This document shows, in pieces, positions 53,501-64,000 of a stretch of DNA of 64,000 nt. The stretch's first letter is position 1, and every line of letters begins with the position of its first letter. The stretch is taken from NCBI GenBank assembly GCA_964247055.1, contig OZ176057.1:1-64000 (forward strand), given 5' to 3'. The DNA comes from Paragordius varius (lineage: Eukaryota > Animalia > Nematomorpha). The position numbers were made by a program, and so were the translations under genes. Below the pieces are notes generated by a model. It was not told the origin of the DNA and made no database searches. It worked only from the letters and a program-made list of their open reading frames with translations.

Positions 53501-54822
53501 ACCGTTGCATCAATCAGGTCCAAGTCTTACAAAAAACCGTCCGGCAAAATCTGTTCAAATTGGTTCTCAGCCAATCAACCAATCTTCTTAACTCCATCTA
53601 TCCTAATACAGAAAAGGGGTGGTTTCGGTGGCGGATGGATGTAAACTCAATATACGAATATCCATTAAGACAGTTGCATCAATCAGGTCCAAGTCTTACA
53701 AAAAACCGTCCGGCAAAATCTGTTCAAATTGGTTCTCAGCCAAATCAACCACCAATCTTAACTCCATCTATCCTGATACTGAAAAGGGGTGGTTTCGGTG
53801 GCGGATGGATGTAAACTCAATATACGAATATCCATTAAGACCGTTGCATCAATCAGGTCAAAGTCTTACAAAAAACCGTCCGGCAAAATCTGTTCAAATT
53901 GGTTCTCAGCCAATCAACCAACCTTCTTAACTCCATCTATCCTAATACTGAAAAGAGGTGGTTTCGGTGGCGGATGAATGTAAACTCAATATGCGAATAT
54001 CCATTAAGACCGTTGCATCAATCAGGTCCAAGTCTTACAAAAAACCGTCCGGCAAAATCTGTTTAAATTGGTTCTCAGCCAATCAACCATTCTTAACTCC
54101 ATCAATCCTAATACAGAAAAGGGGTGGTTTCGGTGGCGGATGGATGTAAACTCAATATACGAATATCCATTAAGACCGTTGCATCAATCAGGTCCAAGTC
54201 TTACAAAAAACCGTCCGGCAAAATCTGTTCAAATTGGTTCTCAGCCAAATCAACCACCAATCTTAACTCCATCTATCCTAATACTGAAAAGGGGTGGTTT
54301 CGGTGGCGGATGGATGTAAACTCAATATACGAATATCCATTAAGACCGTTGCATCAATCAGGTCCAAGTCTTACAAAAAACCGTCCGGCAAAATCTGTTC
54401 AAATTGGTTCTCAGCCAATCAACCACCAATCTTAACTCCATCTATCCTAATACTGAAAAGGGGTGGTTTCGGTGGCGGATGGATGTAAACTCAATATACG
54501 AATATCCATTAAGACCGTTGCATCAATCAGGTCCAAGTCTTACAAAAAACCGTCCGGCAAAATCTGTTCAAATTGGTTCTCAGCCAATCAACCAACCTTC
54601 TTAACTCCATCTATCCTAATACTGAAAAGGGGTGGTTTCGGTGGCGGATGGATGTAAACTCAATATACGAATATTCATATAGACCGTTGCATCAATCAGG
54701 TCCAAGTCTTACAAACCGTCCGGCAAAATCTGGTCAAATTGGTTCTCAGCCAAATCAACCAACCTTCCTAACTCCATCTATCCTAATACTGAAAAGCGGT
54801 GGTTTCGGTGACGGATGGATCC
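38541..54822. repeat. Satellite DNA array, 169/170-bp monomer, ~96 copies, with higher-order structure
   Basis: Head-to-tail monomer TCCATCTATCCTAATACTGAAAAGGGGTGGTTTCGGTGGCGGATGGATGTAAACTC...CAGCCAA(A)TCAACC. There are no unique spacers. It is clearly more GC-rich than its flanks, and the edge monomers are more diverged. Confidence 0.99.
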
Positions 54823-55420
54823 AAATCATAATAATAAGATTATCTATGTAGACCAACATCAAAAACATCTAATGCTTTAAGACATTTTCCTTTTCATATA
54901 AATCCAATACAGCTCTCTCACTGTAAATACTTATTTACAAAAAAATTTTGTTATAACTATTATTTAATTAATGTTTTATTATTCAAACCCCCAAAAATGG
55001 GGTCACTATATCATCAAAAAAATAAATAATATAATCATATATAATATATTGAGATATGGTGTGGTTATTTTTACAATCTATTTTTCGTGTCTTGTCAAAT
55101 ATCAATTAGAGGAGATAGCGATTCCGTTACCCTTAATTTTTTAAAACACTAATATTTTCTACAACCAACATCAAAGTTATTGGCAAGATTTATTTTAAAA
55201 ATTAAAACTAAAACCATCTTGTGTTGATTACACCTCTACATATTTCTTAAAAATTAAAATATAGACAAAACGGATAAAGCAAATTTTTTAATATAAGAAT
55301 ATCCATATTTGTTAAAACAGGGTTGTCCACTCTATTCAGTATTTACCAGCTCTAAAAAATGTTAAAACATATAAAATTGAATTTCAATCAAAATTTGAGG
55401 TTTTTTAGATGATATATAAT

Positions 55421-58400
55421 TAAGGTGACCAGACGTCCCGCTTTTTCACACTTTGTCTCGCGTCCCGCTACGTTTTGAAAATGTCCCGCATTTTCACGAT
55501 TATATAAAAAAATTTTTTTTTTAATACAAATAAATTTTTTTTATCCGTTTAAATTTTTTATCATTAAATATCTTTAAAATCTATATAAATTTTAAATTAA
55601 AATTTTTTATTTTAAATTAAAAATATTTATTTTTTTCGAATTTATATCATATGATTATATAATTTCCTTCCTAATACTTATCAAAAAGCCAAATTAATAC
55701 CACAAATCTCTAGATTAAAAGACAAATTGATACCACAAATCGGTACCTTACACATTTATTCCAGAAAATCAAGGTAATATAATATTTATTTATACTAATA
55801 TTATAGTTTTATTACTTGCCAACATTATTAAAAGCCAAATTAATACCACAAATCGGTAGCTTAAAAGACAAATTGATACCACAAATTGGTACCTTACACG
55901 TTTATTTCACTAATAGTAGTTTATAAATATGAGCACAAAAAGAGGTTGTAAATTCAACGATGAATTAATGAAAGATTTTCCTTATATTAAAAAAAACGAA
56001 GAATGAATCATCTGTTTAATGTCTTATATGCGAGAGGGAATTCCTAGTACATAGCAGCAAGCATGATATTACAAAGCATATGGAAACACAGAAACATAAA
56101 AAATGTTTAGATATGGTGGCATCATCTTACAAAATGAGCGATTTTTTTCGAAAAACCGCTTTTGGAGAGGAAGAAAAGAATTTGGCACTAGCTGAGGGCG
56201 TGTTATCTTTTCACGCCGTTAATCACAATCATTCCTTTAGATCTATGGACTGTACCTCAGAGGTTATTCGCACGTTTTTCCATAAAAAATTTACATGTGC
56301 CCGTACACAGGCTGAAGCCATTGTGTGCAATGTCCTTTCGCCATATGCATTTTATGAAATACAAAAAGATTTGCTAAAAATTAATTTCTTATCCCTATAC
56401 TCTGATGCATCAAATCACCATCACACAAAATTATTTCCCACTTTAATAAGATATTTTGATTAAGAAACCGGAATAAAATTTAAATTTTAGATATTTCTCT
56501 ACCCGGTGAAAATTCCGAAATAATATTTACTTTAATAATGCATATTCTAGTAAAAATAATTTAAAAGACAAATCGCCATATTGCGCTGACAACACCAATA
56601 CGAACTTTGGTGGAAAAGCAAGGAGGGGAACAAAAAATATTTTTCATAAATTAACACATAATCTTAATCAAAACATTATTGTCTGTGCAGCGCATACGCT
56701 ATTCAAACAGCTACTGATTTGTTACCCCTAGATGTGGAAAATGTAGTTGTTAAAATATATTCCTATTTTTATATATACATGGTACGTGTTGAAACGCTTA
56801 AAGAATTCTGTGAAAAGGCAGAAGTTCAATATCAAAAAATGCTTGGATATTGCAAAGTTGGTTAGCTTTCATGCCAGCTATCGAATATGATCCTTTAAAA
56901 AAATTTTTTATCACAGGACAAATGTCCTACAACTTTAAAAGAGTTTTTTGAAAGGGATTCTTCAAAAATATGGTTAGAATTCTTACATAATCAAGCTTCT
57001 CTCTTTCAAAATGTTATTAAATTTATGGAAGGTGACGAAATTTCGGCAATCGAAGTAGCCAATGAAGTTAGTAACCTAAAATTCCAATGTCAAGAACGGT
57101 TAGAAAATATTTTTATACCATTAACCATCCGTAATATAATAAATAATTTAGAAAAACAAGGCTTAATAAATCCCCAAGATATCCTGTACCATATAAAAAT
57201 GTTATATACAAACAGTAAAGATTATTTGGAAGACTGGACGACGCAATTCAATGAAATTGATCATTTTCATTGGATTACATTAAAATCAGAATTTAATTGG
57301 TGCGATGTTCAAAAATCATTTGATTATATCTGCTCCAAAATTCTCAAAAAGTAATCTTTCAGAAAATGACTTTTTTCTGAAGTATCATTGGTTAAAAGAT
57401 ATATTAATAATGAAAATAAATTATGGACAAAAGAAAAATATACAGTAAAAAAAATGGTTGGAAATATTTCATCATTTTGAAGCCAACTATATTACATACA
57501 ATAATATTTTAAAAATTGTGGAATTCGCACTATCTTTAGCTGGAACCAACGCTGCTACTGAGCGCGTTTTTTCCACAGTAAATCAGGTGTGGACATCGGA
57601 AAAATAAATTTAAATGTTGAAACTTTAAACGCCGTTTTATCTGTCAAATATAATTTGACAAATTGTTGTGAAGACTTCTACAATATTTTAAAAATGATGA
57701 CAATCTGCTAAAACGCATTCATTTAAACAAAAAATATACCAAAGAATAAAATATTTTCTTTAAAGTTTTTGTGTTAAAAAATAAACAAAATTACTTAAAA
57801 TATTGTATAAGTCTTCATAATTTGTCAAATTATATTTGAACACATAAAATGGCTTTTATTCAACATTTAAATTTGATTCCGTGTCCTTACTTAATTTACT
57901 GTGGAAAAACCCGTTCAATAGGAGTGGTTCAGGTAAAGATAATGCAAATTCTACAATTAAAATATTATTGTATGGAACATAATTTGAAAAACGATTATTT
58001 TAACCATTTCTATCCTACATATTTTTTTTTGTTGTCCATAATATAAGTTTTCATTCAATATATTTATTTAATAATGAGACTTCATAAAAAAGTGTCATTG
58101 TGCACCGTCTTGTCTTCCAAATAATCGTTTCTGTTTGTATAAAACATTTTTATAATCTGGCTATTCATTGAGCCTTGTTTTTCTGGATGCTTTATTATAT
58201 TGCGATTAGATTATATAATTATTTTCTAACCTTTTTTGACTTGGAATTTTGACCTTTGTCCTGTGATAAAAAATAGGATTCTAGGAGATCACATTTTTAT
58301 AAATATTTCAATCGCTGGCAAAAGAGCTAACCAACAGTTCTACAATATCCGAGCATTTTAACATCTATATTTTCCACATCCAGGGGTAACAAATCATTAG

Positions 58401-58731
58401 CTGTTTGAGTAGCGTTGTGTATCTGCCAATAATGTTTTGATTAAGATTATTCGCTAAATTGTTAAAAATATTTTTTGTGTCGCTTCTTGCATCACCCAGC
58501 GCACTTTGTGATGATTTCGTCTTTATTATTTTTTTCTAGAATATTACAATCACTTCACCCTTTGTTTCTGCACATGTAAATTTATTGAATATGGTGCAAA
58601 CAACCTGTGAAGTACAAATATTTTTATATTTATAATGTATTTGTGTTAAAAATAAATAAAGTTGAACCCCCCAATAACCCTCCCTTCTCAGATTTGTCCC
58701 GCTTTTTCCTTCAAAAAATCTGGTCACCTTA
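55421..58731 (+). mobile_element. hAT DNA transposon, copy 2 (same family as 17467-20204; defective and rearranged)
   Basis: Same TIRs. Exact 8-bp TSD TATATAAT at 55413-55420 and 58732-58739. Confidence 0.94.
55929..57740 (+). pseudogene. Disrupted hAT transposase of copy 2
   Basis: MSTKRGCKF start, then AEGVLSFHAVNHNHSFRSMDC..KFTCART, SLYSDASNH..FP..RYF, and the hATC dimerisation motif VEFALSLAGTNAATERVFS. Multiple frameshifts and stops. Confidence 0.88.
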
Positions 58732-58837
58732 TATATAATCCAAAATTGAGCTCAAAATCGAACAAAAATTATTATGTAAAGCAGCCGCAATGATATTTGT
58801 GTTGCCCTGTGATAGAGCTTAATTTTGAATTAATATG

Positions 58838-58839
<2 letters not shown>

Positions 58840-58871
<32 letters not shown>
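58840..58871. repeat. (TA)n microsatellite
   Basis: Pure AT dinucleotide run. Another lies at ~62600-62627. Confidence 0.9.
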
Positions 58872-58875
<4 letters not shown>

Positions 58876-61659
58876 TTAGTTATATTATAGTAATTGTGAT
58901 CATGCAAATAGTTATATTCATATGTGTAAATTCAATAATATTTGGCTGTATATTAATTATATTTCAAGAGCCTTAAACATTTCAAGTTGGTCCTTATTTT
59001 TGTTTTGTTTTTAACCATTACACTGGACAACAAATCGCCACTAGAGATTTTTGTATATTCTGATATTTACTATCAGTTTAACAATAAATTCGAAATAAAA
59101 ATATAATTTCACCTAAGAATTTTGTTTAAATTGTTTTTTTCGATGAAGCGTCCTCTTTATCAAAATTTTACTAAAAAATGTTTTCCAAAAACATACAAAT
59201 GCCCAATTTTAATTCATGATTCGAAAGAGTAGTAAAAACTCTATAAAACGCATACTAATATGTTTTACATCGATAGCTAATATTGGACATAGGAAGCTAC
59301 AAACGCGCGAAGCGAGAGCGTTTTCTTTAATTATTATATTTTTACTAAGGGATGAAAATAGCTACTTTGCATAGATTATAAATGTCCAAAAGATACAACA
59401 AGAATGTTTTTTTATTAAAACACTTATTTGTTGCATTTATGTCATTCAAAACAGCCATTTTTGAGTTTTTGCGATTTTTAAGACAAGGTAATTTTGATCA
59501 TTTTAACGATTATGTAATAAATTTACAGTTATAAATATGGATTATAATATCCACTAAGTAAAATAATTTTGATGATAATAATTTTTATTAAAAAAGCAAA
59601 CCAAAAGCTGTTTCAAAATTCTTTTTATAAATTTTGTACTAATGTAACCCTAACAATTATAATGTCAAAAATATTTATAAGTTTTATTCTATATAGCCAA
59701 AAATTATCGATAAACCCTAATATATGAAAATTTTTAGGTGTTAAACCATTTTTTCAGTCTACTCTTTAGGTATTTTAATAAATTGGATTTTAAATTTACA
59801 AGAATGGCACTTAAAAAAGTCAAATGGTGTCTAGTGTTATCAATCAAATCGTGTATATTCATCTGTTTTATTAATTTTACTCTATTATTTGAAATCAACT
59901 TTAGATCGCTATCGACTTTTGATTATTCAAATACCATAATTTTTTTGATTTCTTCAAAAATTCCAAATATTTATAGGATTTTAACATTTAAATTAAAGTA
60001 TATATGTTGTTTGTATTATTTATTTCGAAATTTTCATTAAAGACATTTATAAGTTAATAATTTTCTTAAATTGAAAAAAATTAGTTGAATTAAAAAAATT
60101 ATTTTTTTAAAAAATATATAATAAAAAAATGAGGTTAAAAAAATAATAATAAAAACATAAAAATTTTGAGGGCCAACTTGAAGGGACTAACTTGAAGTGT
60201 TTAAGGACCAAAGTGAAGTGTTTAAGGACACTCTTTAAGTTTAAATGGTATATATGCAAATCTGTTTTAACATACAACTTTTATAAGTACCCATAACGGC
60301 ACATGAATTATTATAATCTTTTATGTTTAGTTGTTTAAAAATTAACTCTATTGACTTTTTACCTTTATCGTTTGGTTTCTCTAAACGACATTTCTCTAAT
60401 TATTTTATTTGAAACATTTATGTTATATTTGCATATCTGGATGTTATCTTATTTTTAACGTAAATATCGTAAAATAGCTTTATAACAATAAATTACTTTC
60501 ATATTATCTACTAAAGTTAAAGCTAATAATTAACAAATATTTAAATAAATAAAAATAATTTATCACTAATTTTTGCTAGGTATATTATTTGGGTAAATTT
60601 TATATTTGGTTCAAATTAAGTAAGGTGAGATGGGCTTAAATGAGTTTTGATACCTAAGCTTTGAACTTTTTCTTCGTGAAACCCAAACTATTTAAACAGA
60701 AATAATGGATAAAGGTCCTAAAAAGCCTAATTGATTTTTACTTATTAATCTAATTACATGATTGCAATTAGGATATATGGGATCTTAATTTTTTTTATTT
60801 TGCAACAGAAAACAAAAGGGTAAGAGCAAAAATAATATTAAAGCTATATAGTTACTTGTCTTTATAAAATCTTTTAATTTTTTATGTTTTTTTATAATTT
60901 CAATTTTTACTTATAAAAATATAGTAAAAATTGGGAATGTACAGAAAAAAAGGTCTTTCAACAAGACAAATATCCCATATAAATGACTGCAATATTTACA
61001 GTAAATATTAAAAATGTAGGGACAAAATGTAAAATATAAAGACAAATTTTTTTAAAAGACAACGCCATTCTTTTTAAACCATAATTTATCCTATAAACAT
61101 TTAGATACAATCGTAAAATAGATAATACATTATGTTACCCATTTACATTTCTATATTATAATTTGTAGTTTAAAACAATGATAAAAAATTAAGATAAAAA
61201 AGTATTTTTAGATAGAAATATTTGTCTTTATATTTGCATCAAAATCAGTGGTCCATCTAAAAATTCTAATTATACAGGCAACACTCAAAAACTAAAATTT
61301 AATAAAGAATAATCATGTTTTTAAAACCATATTTTTTAAAATATAACTGACCGTTTTGTACACGAATTAAGATGCAAGTATTAACTATCATCTTATATAT
61401 TTAAAAATATTAATTACATGGTTTATGAAGGCATTATCAAGTTTTAAGAAGATAAAATTGTTTTTTTAAAAACATTTTATTATAATTTTTATAGGATAAA
61501 GAGCGACATCTTTAAAATAAACTGCATCAGATAAAGGCTGAGACAAAAAAATAAAATAAAAAAAATATAACAGTTAATTTTATTTATAAAGTTTTGATTC
61601 AGGCAATTGATTTGTTTATATATATGGTCTTTTGAGGTTTAACGTGATTTATCTCTGTC

Positions 61660-62870
61660 AGAACTACCGAATAATCCCTATCACCAATAAACTATATAAA
61701 CTATTTCTCAAGATAAAACTCAAAAAAATTACACTTGAGGAAATTTCTGATGGCCAAGCTGGTTTTAGTTCAAAGCGAAATACTACAGATGATATAGCCA
61801 ATAGTAATGCTATAATATAGAGATATAACGAAATCGGTAAAAGTTTGTACTTTAATTTTTTGGACTTTAGTATGGCATTTGACATATTCAACCATGACTC
61901 TCTCTGGAAGATTTTTCAATCTTGCAGAATTTCATCCCACATAAAACTTTTGTTGTAAACGGTGTGTTCTAAGCAAACAGCTGCGATCAAAGCACAATAC
62001 GGTCCCATCGACTAGTTTCCTATCCTCAGAGGTGTGGGTCACAGATGTGTTTTTCCCCCTCCTATTTAATTTATACAGAGAAACTTTATTCCGAAATTGT
62101 GAACTTTGGCAACATATTGGAGTCCGCATCGATGGTCTTACTGTATGCAATCTCCGATACGCTGATGATACAGTTCTCTTGACTGAATCTCATACGGACA
62201 CTATTTATCTCTTAAATAGATTACAGTCGAAGCAAGTTTTATGGGTCTGAATCTTAATCTCTCTAAATCTAATCTAATAATTCTCAACGCTCCCCAGATA
62301 CAATATCACTTAATGCCTCCTCTCTCGATGTAACCGATTACTGCAAGCATTTGGGTTCAATAAGTTCAGGACATACGAGCAAGGCCTGCATTAGGGGCTA
62401 CCAAAGGCACGCTGTTCAAAAATGAACTGTTCGGTTATAAGAGTTTCAACCAAATCAGCCATCCTAAAGGTTTACCCCGTCGATTTTTAAAAGTTTAAAT
62501 TATAGGTATGTAAATCCGCCGACAAAGTCGGCATCAATTTTTTTCAAATGTGGTGTTCCCGGACGATTTTACCTACCTATAAAGCCCACATCTCTAATTC
62601 ATATATATATATATATATATATATATACTTAACTTCCTCAAACAGAGTTTTCACCTGGTGATCTACCAATCAAATATCTAGGCTACATTCTCCGATCCGA
62701 TTCCCTGAAGAAAAAACATTCTCTCTGAGTTAGTTGATGGGACTCGCAAAAGAGGCCGCTCCAGATATTATTAAATCCATTGAAAACCTTACACTCTCCC
62801 AAATAATTTGAAAGTCTCAAGATCGTCTGGAATGGAAAACGCTTATTTATGAGAGAGCTAAGAGTCGCTA
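61660..62870 (+). pseudogene. 5'-truncated, heavily decayed RTE-like LINE RT fragment
   Basis: NYRIIPI, EEISDGQAGF..NTTD, FLDFSMAFD and LRYADDTVLL in broken frames, interrupted by a (TA)n run. Confidence 0.8.
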
Positions 62871-64000
62871 CCGAATAACTTTTAAACAAACATAAAAAAA
62901 CAACAAATTTACGATATGACTAGACCGTCTTAACGATTGAGTCTAGGATTTGACTTCATATAGACTCACGTATCCGGCGCTTTGAACTATATTAGTGATT
63001 ACTTTGCGAGTTAGGGATGCCACTTTTGCTACTCAAAATTTATCCTATATTTAACCTATTATTTTTTAAATCCATTTATTGGTTATCCTAAAGGGTAATT
63101 AATATAAATGTTAAAATCTTTTACCGTCATTTCTTTATTGTTATTTTTACTCAGAATACTGACTTCTTGGAACTTGTAGGTTTTTTAAGAATTTATCTTA
63201 TGACATATTTACGTAGGATTTTATGTATTATACATATTAATTTAGTAGCTTTTTTAATGTAAAAATTGTATTCCAATAAATGTGCTAGAATGTTTTTTGA
63301 TTCAGGCTAGCAAAAAAATTAAATAACCTCCTATAGCCCATTTGATATCACTATACTATGAATTTCAGCTTTAAAATCAGGATATAAATATATATTTTTT
63401 TGGTGCTCACTGGGTATATGATTATAAGTGTTTGCTAAAAACTTTTTCTCGACATATTATTTCAAATTAAGATTAACATTCATATTATAGCCTAAGGTTA
63501 TTTAAAATTAAAATGGATAAATTTAATCTATGTAATAGATTTCATGGAAAATACAACGTAAAAAATTAAAATTATTATAAAATTTTGTGATAATGCCAAA
63601 TTAACAGTTTTTGGACAAAGGATATTTGAAAGATTTCCAAGATAAAAATAATTACACTTTTGAATCTTTTTATCGAGTGTGTAAATATAAAAAATATTTT
63701 GTCACATATTATGTACATTAAATATTATAAAAAAATGGTTTGTAATAATCTGCCCATATTCGCAGTATTGTTTGGACTCCAGGGTATATCTATATTTTTA
63801 TATGTGTGATGATAATTTTTTCATGACAACTTTCAATATAATAAATCTTTAATTTGTAAATAATGCTTAAATAAAACTCAAATGTTACTCATAAAAATTT
63901 GATGTCTTATCGATTTGTTAGTTTTGTCTGTTGTTTTGTTTTGTGAAAATGTCTCAAACTCGGAAATCTATTGGAGATCCAGCTTAATAAGCCAACAGCA

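Noticed and set aside
38541-54822. CRISPR array
   Set aside because: The context is eukaryotic, whole monomers repeat with no unique spacers, and there are no cas genes.
38541-54822. Hammerhead ribozyme in the satellite monomer
   Set aside because: CTGAAAA (+) and CTGATTGA/CGAAAC (-) do not give the CUGANGA core with a valid stem II.
38912-54851. More than 100 short ORFs starting MVSVADG or MVLSQST
   Set aside because: They are by-products of the satellite. Frames shift with the 169/170 indels and they carry no protein motifs.
59738-60720. Short ORFs and possible small exons
   Set aside because: They are AT-rich, have no recognisable domain, and give no consistent gene model.

Overview
Left end of a chromosome from an AT-rich invertebrate animal. 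It opens with ~3.3 kb of (CCCTAA)n telomere, followed by a repeat-rich subtelomere. The main result is a U2 snRNA gene (- strand) split inside its branch-point recognition sequence by a full-length retrotransposon with an intact ORF. U2 nt 1-37 lie at 12607-12643, the 5.6 kb element at 7014-12606 and the rest of U2 at ~6863-7013. The element encodes a 1403-aa zinc finger / RT / restriction-like endonuclease protein, which matches the U2-targeting Utopia group. A PSE-like promoter lies upstream, and a decayed second U2 copy faces it tail-to-tail. Further in are: a hAT transposon (8-bp TSD) carrying a small Helitron, next to a frameshifted RTE LINE; a multi-exon astacin-EGF-CUB metalloprotease gene (-); an AUH-like enoyl-CoA hydratase gene (+); a 16.3 kb array of ~96 monomers of 169/170 bp with nested higher-order repeats; a second hAT copy with an internal inverted duplication; many MITEs; and a second decayed RTE fragment. 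All calls were made by eye. No database searches or folding calculations were run, and exon and MITE boundaries are approximate.
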